From contig JBBRNJ010000010.1 of the NCBI GenBank assembly GCA_038230375.1, positions 64,001-128,000 of the forward strand: a stretch of 64,000 nucleotides of DNA, written 5' to 3'. A program made the position numbers and the translations under genes. Positions 8,845 to 16,479 of this stretch are shown here, one piece after another; position 1 is the stretch's first letter; the number at the start of each line of letters is the position of its first letter. The notes beneath the pieces were generated by a model. The model saw only the letters and a program-made list of their open reading frames with translations. It did no database searches and was not told the origin of the DNA. Source of the stretch: Polyangiales bacterium (GTDB taxonomy: Bacteria; Myxococcota_A; Polyangia; Polyangiales; Polyangiaceae).

Positions 8845-9645
8845 ATGGGGAAGAAGGCGCTGTTCGTCGGGTTGGTCAGCACGGTGCTCGCGGGCGCCAG
8901 TGCGGTTGGCAGCGGGTGCTCCGCCGCCGCAGACCTGGGCACTGACGGCGGCCTCACGTTCGACACCGGCGCCAAGAACGACACCGGGGGTGGCAGCTTG
9001 TGCCGCACGCAGAGTGACGTGTTCGGCACCGCCGGCGCGTCCACGCAGACACTGAATGCGTGCACGCCAACGGAGCTCGGCACGCTGGACACCATGATCC
9101 GCTCCTCGACCGGTACGACCTACGTCGCGCTCTACGGCATGGTCGGCGCCAGCTGCCAGAAGTGCTTGTTTTCAAGCGCGAGCGACGCAAACTGGCAATC
9201 CTTCGTCTGGGCGCCCGACATGCAACACGTGCTGTCGGATCTGGACGCGGGCGCTGGCAAGTCGACGGTCTTCGACAACTCGGTGGGAGCCTGCGTCGCG
9301 CACGTGGCGGCGGGCGGCTCTTCGTGCGGCCTGGCCGCAACGCACAACGACGAGTGCTACCAGACGTCCTGCCAGAGCTGCGCGTCCCAGTCGGACTTCG
9401 ACGGCTGCATCAGTGATCCGCAGACCGCCGCGCAGTGCGGCCAGGTCGACACGCGCGCGACGGACTGCATGACCAAGGATCAGTACAACCAGGCGCTCGT
9501 GCAGTGCGGGTTCGATCTCGGCGCGAAGACGATCGACTTCAAGGTCCTCCTCAACGTGACGTGCGGGACCGGCAAGGGCGCGAGCAGCGATGGTGGAACC
9601 GATAGCGGCAGTGACAGCGGGTCCACGGACGCGGGCCCTGGCTGA
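8845..9645 (+). CDS. Cys-rich hypothetical lipoprotein
   Basis: GAGGGG SD, signal peptide ending GSG-C, many Cys, DGG/DAG low-complexity linkers. Confidence 0.8.
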   Translation: MGKKALFVGLVSTVLAGASAVGSGCSAAADLGTDGGLTFDTGAKNDTGGGSLCRTQSDVFGTAGASTQTLNACTPTELGTLDTMIRSSTGTTYVALYGMVGASCQKCLFSSASDANWQSFVWAPDMQHVLSDLDAGAGKSTVFDNSVGACVAHVAAGGSSCGLAATHNDECYQTSCQSCASQSDFDGCISDPQTAAQCGQVDTRATDCMTKDQYNQALVQCGFDLGAKTIDFKVLLNVTCGTGKGASSDGGTDSGSDSGSTDAGPG

Positions 9646-9679
9646 TCCCAGCGGCTGATTGCCGAGAATGTGACACTGC

Positions 9680-10636
9680 ATGGATCTCGAACGCATGGCC
9701 CGGATGTGCCGCGAAGGCCAGTGGAACGTCGGTGACCTCGACTGGTCCCAGCGGCCTCGCGCCATGTCGCCGGACGACGAGCGAAACGTCGTCCAGTACT
9801 TCACCGACATGGCGCAGATCGAACGCCTTGCCGGCGCCTTGTTCGTAGAGCAGCAGCGCCGCGTCACTGATCCGATCTTGAAGGACATCTACGCCACGTT
9901 CGTGATCGACGAGATGCGACACTCGCATGTTGCGCAGATGCTCGCCGATCACTACGACGTGCGCCGGCTCACGACCTATCGCCCGAGCCGGAGCCTGGAG
10001 CGTTTCTTTCCTCACTTCGTGGATGCCATCCGCCACCTCTCGGACGACATCGCGAACGCGTACATCACGTCGGGTGAGCTGATCCTGGACATCGCGCTCC
10101 TGCGCTCGATCAACGACTTCGTCGCGGATCCGTTGAGCGCCCAGGCAATGGAGCTCATCAACCGCGACGAGTCCAGGCACATCGCCGTCGACTACTACAT
10201 GGTCGGCTACTACTGCTCCGACGAGTACAAGCGCGCGCGTACGAGCGTGCGCAAGTCAGCGCGGGAGCAGGCCATCGCGACGCGCGCGTTTGCGGCGATG
10301 ACGCTCTGGGGGCGCCCGTTCTTCCGCGACGTCTTCTTCGGCCCCATGGACAGGATCGATCCCACCGGCACGCGCCTGCGCGAGGCGTTCAAGCGAATGC
10401 AGCTCCTCGGTGAACGTCCAGGCATCGACCAGCTCCCGCTCGTGAAGTACTGGTCGCGCATGATGGCCCTCTACAACCAGCCGTGGATGGGGCCGCGGGG
10501 CAAGGACGCTGTTGCACTTGTCGTCGGTATGGACCCCCGCTTCATGGAGCACCTGGCAACGGAGGAAGAACTCGCGCGCGCGCGCCTCATGTCCCTCGAC
10601 GAGCTCGCGGAGGAAGCGCTCTCGGCGAAGGGCTGA
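9680..10636 (+). CDS. ferritin-like superfamily diiron protein
   Basis: Two ExxH motifs (DEMRH, DESRH), each preceded by an acidic ligand helix (QIERL, GELILD); 'QWNVGDLDWS' N-terminal motif. Confidence 0.85.
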   Translation: MDLERMARMCREGQWNVGDLDWSQRPRAMSPDDERNVVQYFTDMAQIERLAGALFVEQQRRVTDPILKDIYATFVIDEMRHSHVAQMLADHYDVRRLTTYRPSRSLERFFPHFVDAIRHLSDDIANAYITSGELILDIALLRSINDFVADPLSAQAMELINRDESRHIAVDYYMVGYYCSDEYKRARTSVRKSAREQAIATRAFAAMTLWGRPFFRDVFFGPMDRIDPTGTRLREAFKRMQLLGERPGIDQLPLVKYWSRMMALYNQPWMGPRGKDAVALVVGMDPRFMEHLATEEELARARLMSLDELAEEALSAKG

Positions 10637-10659
10637 ATCTCCTCAGAGGTGCTGACAGA

Positions 10660-12246
10660 TCAGAAGGCGACGGTCACCCAGAAGGGGACCTCGTAGCTCA
10701 CGATCACGCCGATCGCGTCGGCCGACACGCCATCCAGCGCGAGCGGCGAGAAGCCCGCGGCGACGTTCTTCCACAGCGCGAACGTCGCGCCAAGATGCCC
10801 GTGTACACCCCATGCGGTGACCGTGGTGTTGCGGAATGCGGGGCTCGAGAACGAGAACCAGTTGTAGGTGAGCGCGAAGAGCAGCTCGATCTCGATGTGC
10901 TTGCTCACCTCGAGCTCGTACGCGAAGGGCAGCCCGACAAGATCGCGCGCGCCGCAGCAGCCCTGGAAGTAGTGCTTGTACTCGAGCCCGACCTCCGCGC
11001 GTCGCGTGTCGGAGAGCTTCAGGCGGAAGCGGCCGTCGAGGCCGAGAAAGACGCTCGCTGGCACTTCGGTGCGCGCGAGCGGGAAGGACGGACCGATGAG
11101 GAGCTTGGCGCCGATGATCGTGTCGCGCTGGACGGGGAGATCGTCGTCGTGCGGGTCGACGTCGGGACGCGGGGGCTGGGGTGCGTTGGGATCGGGGGCG
11201 GTGATGGTGGGGGAGGGTGAAGGTGAAGGTGGAGGTGGAGGGGAAGGTGGAGGTGGAGGTGGAGGTGAAGGGGCTGGGGTTGGTGGTGCGGGGGTGCCTT
11301 GTGGTGGGACGGGCGTGCCGGCGGGCGGTAGGACTGTGCCTGCGGGGGGCTGTGGCTCTTGGGCTTTCGCTGGCTTTGCGTAGGCAAGGGAGAATGCCAG
11401 CAGCGTGAGCGCGATGGTGGGGCGCGGGCTTGTGGTGCTGCTTTTCAGGAGGCCCCACCTTCGTGCGAGGACCACGCAGAGGAGGACGAGGGCGATGCTC
11501 ACCCATTGCGAGGTGGAGAGGCCGAGGAATGCGCCGCGGATCGCGTCGTCTCGGAGCAGCTCGAGCCCGAAGCGCCCGCACGCATAGGTGACGAGCCACG
11601 TGATGAACGCCGCGCCGCTTCGCTCTCCGCGCGCGAGCCTGCGGTAGGCGAGGAGACTCGCGATCATCGCGACGAGGCCCTCGTAGAGCTGCGTGGGATG
11701 AACCGGGAGGCTTGGCGCGCCAGCGGGAACGAAGCCACGCTGCATGTGATCCGTTGCCGCGAGGCTGCCGGCGGGAAAGCGAACGCCGAACACGCCGGCC
11801 GTTGGCTTGCCGTAGTCGCACCCTTCCAGGTAGCAACCTGCGCGCACGAACGCGAACTCGATCCCCATACCGAGCGTCACGCGATCGAGGAATGGACGCA
11901 CCGGTTGCTTCCGCACGCGAAGCCAGAGCGGCGCCGCGACGAGCCCACCGAGCAGCCCGCCATACGCCGCGCGACCGGCCGTGAGGATGGGCGTGAGCGA
12001 GCGCTCCGCGATCGCGATCGGCAGCATGCGTACCCACTCGAAGACGTAGCCGCCAAGGAGACATGCGAGGTACGTGAGGAGAAGCGCGAATGCCTGCTCG
12101 CGCACCTCCGCACGATCGCGCTTTGCCATGCGCAGGATGAGGATGGCGCCAAGGAACGTGGCCAGACCGACCATGGTGCCGTAGTCCGGCGCGAGCCATC
12201 CCGGGATACCGTGCTGCGCGAGCCACGCGACGAGGAGCGGCCTCAT
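10660..12246 (-). CDS. lgt: prolipoprotein diacylglyceryl transferase paralog fused to a Pro-rich linker and an 8-stranded-type outer-membrane beta-barrel
   Basis: AYGGLLGG, R.GCYLEGCDYGKPT, HPTQLYE and Y..GRF..E.LR.D Lgt motifs; ATG at 12246 overlaps the upstream stop (ATGA). C-terminal ~154 aa are amphipathic strands ending in Phe (..WVTVAF). Confidence 0.88.
   Translation of the reverse strand: MRPLLVAWLAQHGIPGWLAPDYGTMVGLATFLGAILILRMAKRDRAEVREQAFALLLTYLACLLGGYVFEWVRMLPIAIAERSLTPILTAGRAAYGGLLGGLVAAPLWLRVRKQPVRPFLDRVTLGMGIEFAFVRAGCYLEGCDYGKPTAGVFGVRFPAGSLAATDHMQRGFVPAGAPSLPVHPTQLYEGLVAMIASLLAYRRLARGERSGAAFITWLVTYACGRFGLELLRDDAIRGAFLGLSTSQWVSIALVLLCVVLARRWGLLKSSTTSPRPTIALTLLAFSLAYAKPAKAQEPQPPAGTVLPPAGTPVPPQGTPAPPTPAPSPPPPPPPSPPPPPSPSPSPTITAPDPNAPQPPRPDVDPHDDDLPVQRDTIIGAKLLIGPSFPLARTEVPASVFLGLDGRFRLKLSDTRRAEVGLEYKHYFQGCCGARDLVGLPFAYELEVSKHIEIELLFALTYNWFSFSSPAFRNTTVTAWGVHGHLGATFALWKNVAAGFSPLALDGVSADAIGVIVSYEVPFWVTVAF
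11160..11350. repeat. G-rich low-complexity tract (GGAGGT/GAAGGT units) encoding a poly-Pro/Ser linker on the - strand
   Basis: Sequence ggtgaaggtgaaggtggaggtggaggggaaggtggaggtggaggtggaggt. Confidence 0.8.
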
Positions 12247-14060
12247 GACGGGTCCTCCGCGTTCTTGCGACGCTTGGGGGTCACCGTCTCGCGCCGCGTA
12301 CGCGCAGCCAGGTAGCCGATCGGCAGCAAGAGCCAGAAGAGCGTTGTGGCGGGGCCGAATGGCGGAGTGCCCTTGGGCTCGTCCGCGGTCGCGCATGCGC
12401 CGCCGTTCGCTCCAGGTCCGTCGAGAGTCTCGTCGAGCGCGTCGTCGGGGGCGTTCGGATCCGTGAGCCCGCCGCGATGACTCTTCGTGTCCACGGGGTG
12501 ACTGGGATCGACCTTCCGTCCGCCGCCCAGCGCGCCTGCGCCGGCCTCCTCGAACGCGTAGATGTCCTCCGAGTGACCGTTGTCCACGCGTCGCGCGCCC
12601 TTCGGCGTTCCAGAGTCCGTGGTGCTGGTTCCCCCGTCGTCGAAGAAGCCGCCGCTGCCGCCGCTGCTTCCGCTTCCGCTGCAGCTACCGCAGCCGCCGG
12701 AGCTCTTGGTGTTGCCGCCGGACTGGTATCCGCTGCTGCCGTAGCCAGAGGAGGAGCCGCCCGAGGTGCGCGTGTCCGACCCGCAGCCGGAGCACGTGGT
12801 GCAGCCAGAGCAAGACGTGCACGACGCGCCGCTCGAGCCGCCCGAGCACCGTCCGTTGCTGCACGCGGAGCCCACGGCGCTGCACGAAGAGCCGCACGCC
12901 TTGAACGGGTCCTGGCAGCCCTCGATCTTGACGTTGAACGAGAGATCGAAGCCGGCGTCCAGGCCGAACGGAGTGCCGGACAGACAGAGGTCGAGCGCGC
13001 GCACGCAGCGATCGTCCGTGACGAAGATGTCGGCGCTCACGAGCATGTTGGAGGAGATGTTGACGGACGTCTCCACGCTGAGCCCGGCTGGCAGGCTGCA
13101 GTTCTCCTTGGCCACGCAGCTCGCGACCGTGCAGACGTCGAGCAGCGCCATGGCGCAGAGCTCCTGCACGCGGCCGTAGATGAGCGGGCCGCCCGCGTAG
13201 ACGGGCTTCTGTCCGCCGCCGAGCAGGTACGTGCACTCGCTCTTTCCGTCGGGGTAGTCGGAGAGCGTCGCGTGGTCGTCGCAGCTTCCGCCGGCGAGGC
13301 ACGTTGCGCAGCGGCCCTGCACGTCGCCCACGCACTGGTTGAGCGTGTCGTAGAGATGATACGGGTTGCCGCGAAGCGACTGTGGCAAGACGAACGACAC
13401 GCCGCCCTGCGCTGCGTTCGTCGCGGCCGCATTGCGCACGGGCTCGCGGGCTGCCATGGCAACGAGCCACGCAGCGTTCACGTAGACCACGTCGTCGATC
13501 GCGACGGCAGCCATGGGCCAGCGCGTGACACGCATCACGCGGCGGGCGTGGGTGTCCACGAGCATCCGCGAGATGACCCGACCCGCGGCGCCCTCGAGCG
13601 CGCGCGTCTCGTCGTTTCGGGTGACGGTGGGAACGTCACCTTCGATCGGCGGTAGCGCGGGCGGCGTGGGCTTTGCGCTCGCGTCCGGCTCGGAGAACGA
13701 TCGAGTGTGAGCGACGAGCCGGCCCTTCGCGACCGTGACGTCCGCCGCGAGCAGGCAGTCCTTGTCCTGCACCGCCCGTGCGTCGTCGATGGCGCGCACC
13801 TCTTCGGCGGGCGTGATGGCACCCGCGCCCTCCGTCTCCTCCGTCACGGCCTGGGACTCGAGCGCGCCCTTGAACTTGTCGGCGAGCGCCTCCTTCGATT
13901 CGGCGGGCAGCTCCTGCACGACCGCGGGGTCTGCACCCAGCGCGTCGCGCATGGACAGCTCTGCGAGCGGCGGCGGAGAATCCGAGCACGCCTCGGTCGC
14001 CGTGATCGCGCACGCCGCGCCAAAGAGGGCCATCGCGGCCTTCGCGCGCGCCCAGCTCAT
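12243..14060 (-). CDS. Cys-rich lipoprotein with C-terminal MYXO-CTERM-like sorting signal
   Basis: GGAGGGG SD before ATG 14060; lipobox TEA-C; Cys-rich middle; Cys/Gly/Ser tract; C-terminal GGAC-spacer-TLFWLLLPIGYLAA-RTRR. Confidence 0.8.
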   Translation of the reverse strand: MSWARAKAAMALFGAACAITATEACSDSPPPLAELSMRDALGADPAVVQELPAESKEALADKFKGALESQAVTEETEGAGAITPAEEVRAIDDARAVQDKDCLLAADVTVAKGRLVAHTRSFSEPDASAKPTPPALPPIEGDVPTVTRNDETRALEGAAGRVISRMLVDTHARRVMRVTRWPMAAVAIDDVVYVNAAWLVAMAAREPVRNAAATNAAQGGVSFVLPQSLRGNPYHLYDTLNQCVGDVQGRCATCLAGGSCDDHATLSDYPDGKSECTYLLGGGQKPVYAGGPLIYGRVQELCAMALLDVCTVASCVAKENCSLPAGLSVETSVNISSNMLVSADIFVTDDRCVRALDLCLSGTPFGLDAGFDLSFNVKIEGCQDPFKACGSSCSAVGSACSNGRCSGGSSGASCTSCSGCTTCSGCGSDTRTSGGSSSGYGSSGYQSGGNTKSSGGCGSCSGSGSSGGSGGFFDDGGTSTTDSGTPKGARRVDNGHSEDIYAFEEAGAGALGGGRKVDPSHPVDTKSHRGGLTDPNAPDDALDETLDGPGANGGACATADEPKGTPPFGPATTLFWLLLPIGYLAARTRRETVTPKRRKNAEDPS

Positions 14061-14134
14061 CGACCCCTCCGCATGTCCGAGGAAACCTACCATCATCAGT
14101 GGACGCTCGCGCTCGGTTTTGCGATACCTCCGGA

Positions 14135-14695
14135 ATGCGAAACATCCTCCTCGCAGCCGGCCTCGCTGGCGTCGCTGGCGTCGCTGGCCTCCTCGGCTGC
14201 AAGTCCGAGCCCGACAGGGACGTCTCGAAGCGAAAGCAGATCGAGCAGGTCGTCCAGGTCGAGGCGATCCAGAACGTCTCTGCGAAGTTTCGGATGAAGA
14301 TCCCCGAAGGCTTCGTGGACGGACGCTCGATGGGCATGACGTTCGTCTCCGAGCAGGGCCTGCTGGGCCCCACGATCCACCTTGCTCTACGCATCGACTC
14401 GAGCGTGCCGAAGGATGCGGTCGACGCGATGAAGTACAACGATCAGAGCGAGATCTCGTTCGCGAATCGCGCTCTTCCGGATGGCTTCGTGGTCACCAAC
14501 ACCCCGAAGAAGGGCGACACGAACTACTACACGGTGGCCGTGCGCAGCATCCCCGGGCTGCCGACCCTGCGGTCCGGGACCAAGCTCGTGTTCCTGTGCG
14601 AGGTCACGTACGGCGGAGCGAAGGAGCTGCACCGTGAGAAGGAGCTCGTTGCGTGGATGGAGTCGCTGTGCACGGACGCCGCGCTCCAACCTTGA
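14135..14695 (+). CDS. hypothetical lipoprotein
   Basis: MRNILLAAGLAGVAGVAGLLG-C lipobox signal; coding-like codon use. Confidence 0.78.
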   Translation: MRNILLAAGLAGVAGVAGLLGCKSEPDRDVSKRKQIEQVVQVEAIQNVSAKFRMKIPEGFVDGRSMGMTFVSEQGLLGPTIHLALRIDSSVPKDAVDAMKYNDQSEISFANRALPDGFVVTNTPKKGDTNYYTVAVRSIPGLPTLRSGTKLVFLCEVTYGGAKELHREKELVAWMESLCTDAALQP

Positions 14696-14712
14696 TGTAG
14701 TCTACATATTAT

Positions 14713-15474
14713 TCAGCCGCGGAGCAGGAGGCTCAGGCACGTCGCGCAGCCGTCGGCCTTGGCGAGCTCGGAGAGATCGATCCGCGTCACGGCGAAGCCC
14801 TCGCGCTCGAGGCGATCCGCGGTCTCCGCATAGGCGGCGCCAATGCATACCGTCTCGCCGACACAGACGACGTTCGCGCTCTCCGCATCCACGTTCACGC
14901 GCTCGAAGCCGGGCAGGGCGTCGTCGCGAAAAAAGCGGGGGTTCGCCAGCAACCGTCCATCCGGCAGCGCGGTGCAAGCCGTCTTCAGGTGCAGGCAACC
15001 CGTGACGGCCACGGCGCGCACGTCGTAGCCCAGCGGGCGCGCGATGTCGGCCAGCGCGGAGAGCGCCGCGGCGTTCGTCCGGCCCGACTGGCCCACGAGG
15101 ATGGTGCGGCCCGTGACGATCACGTCGCCGCCATCGATGGTCGCGGGCAGCTCCACGCGCACAACCTTTCGAAGCTTCGCGAGCGCTGGCTCCACCGCGG
15201 CCGGCTCGTTACGCCGTGAGAGCGCGCCCATGGAACAGAGGATGGCGAGCTCGTCGAGCACGATCGCCGTGTCCTCGATGAACACGCAGTCCGGGGACTC
15301 CGCGTCTGCGTCGATGACGACGACCGACGCACCAGCGGCCGCGAGCGCCGCGCGATAGGACGCGTGCTGCAGGTTCACCTTCGCGACGTCGATAGGCTCG
15401 TGCGCCACGAACGTGCGCACGGCGCCGTCCATCAAGGGCGAGGGAAGACGGGTGAGGGCAGTGATGGAGCTCAT
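14713..15474 (-). CDS. ddah: dimethylarginine dimethylaminohydrolase (amidinotransferase superfamily)
   Basis: PDCVFIED, DGGD, LHLKT and C-terminal G..TCLS catalytic motifs; 253 aa from MSSITALTR. Confidence 0.88.
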   Translation of the reverse strand: MSSITALTRLPSPLMDGAVRTFVAHEPIDVAKVNLQHASYRAALAAAGASVVVIDADAESPDCVFIEDTAIVLDELAILCSMGALSRRNEPAAVEPALAKLRKVVRVELPATIDGGDVIVTGRTILVGQSGRTNAAALSALADIARPLGYDVRAVAVTGCLHLKTACTALPDGRLLANPRFFRDDALPGFERVNVDAESANVVCVGETVCIGAAYAETADRLEREGFAVTRIDLSELAKADGCATCLSLLLRG

Positions 15475-15570
15475 GTCACCTTCCAAGCTACCGCGCTTTG
15501 TCGCGCTTCGCGCCCGCGGAGGCAGCGCGACACATTTGGCGGAATCTGGAGTAGGAAGCGGTGCCTCGAA

Positions 15571-16428
15571 ATGGAAGCGCACCTTGTTCCGCTCGATCGC
15601 GATCATCCCGGGTTCCGTGACGTCGCCTATCGACGGCGCCGCGACGCGATCGCACGTCAGGCGGAGGTGCATGTCGCCGGCGATCCGCCTCCGCATGTAG
15701 AATACACGGATGAGGAGCACGCGGTGTGGCGCGCGGCCCTGGTTGCGCTCGCTCCGCTGCACGCGCGATACGCGTGCGCGAGCTATCGCACGGGGTGGGA
15801 AGACGCGGCGTTGCCGAGCGACCACGTGCCGCAGCTACAGACCGTGGGCGCGCGCCTCTCCTCACTCACGTCGTTCCAGTACCAGCCCGTCTCTGGCCTG
15901 GTGACGCCTCGCCTGTTCATGGAGCGCCTGGATGACCGCTTCTTCCTGTCCACCCAGTACATGCGCCATCACTCGATGCCGCTCTACACACCGGAGCCCG
16001 ACGTCATCCACGAGCTCGTCGGGCACGCGCCGCTCCTGGCCACGCGCGCGCACGCGGATCTCAATCGGCTCTTCGGGCGCGTGACCAAGGTCTGCGACGA
16101 CGAGGCGGTGTTGCGGCTCATCCGCCTCTACTGGTACGGGCTCGAGTTCGGACTCGCGCGCGAAGGCGGCGAGCTACGCGCGGTCGGCGCCGGGCTGCTG
16201 TCGTCGTTCGGTGAGCTCGGCAGGTTCGAGGCCTCCGCGAAGCTCGAGCCGTTCGACGTCGACGTGATTGCTCGCACGCCGTTCGATCCGACCTCGTACC
16301 AGTCGACGCTCTTCGTCGCCGACTCCGAGGACGCGCTCCTGTCCGCGCTGGAATCCGCGCTGGAATCGGCGCTGGAATCCGCGCTGGAATCGGCGGGGCA
16401 ATCGGCGCTAGATACCGCCGGTAGCTGA
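15571..16428 (+). CDS. phhA: phenylalanine 4-monooxygenase (biopterin-dependent aromatic amino acid hydroxylase)
   Basis: DHPGF.D..YR.RR, STQY.RH...P.YTPEPD..HEL.GH, EFGL and GAGLLSS.GEL motifs. Confidence 0.93.
   Translation: MEAHLVPLDRDHPGFRDVAYRRRRDAIARQAEVHVAGDPPPHVEYTDEEHAVWRAALVALAPLHARYACASYRTGWEDAALPSDHVPQLQTVGARLSSLTSFQYQPVSGLVTPRLFMERLDDRFFLSTQYMRHHSMPLYTPEPDVIHELVGHAPLLATRAHADLNRLFGRVTKVCDDEAVLRLIRLYWYGLEFGLAREGGELRAVGAGLLSSFGELGRFEASAKLEPFDVDVIARTPFDPTSYQSTLFVADSEDALLSALESALESALESALESAGQSALDTAGS
16342..16410. repeat. 12-bp tandem repeat (TCS GCG CTG GAA, about 5 copies) encoding (SALE)n at the PhhA C-terminus
   Basis: tccgcgctggaa tccgcgctggaa tcggcgctggaa tccgcgctggaa tcggcggggcaa tcggcgcta. 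Confidence 0.85.
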
Positions 16429-16479
16429 TCTTCGTGGTGTTTGAGCGGGCCCTTCTGGGGCTATCATGGGCGATCCACG

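Noticed and set aside
12640..12920. Cys/Gly/Ser tract as a RiPP precursor
   Set aside because: Embedded in a 605-aa exported protein; no YcaO, radical SAM, lanthipeptide or DUF692 maturase in the window.
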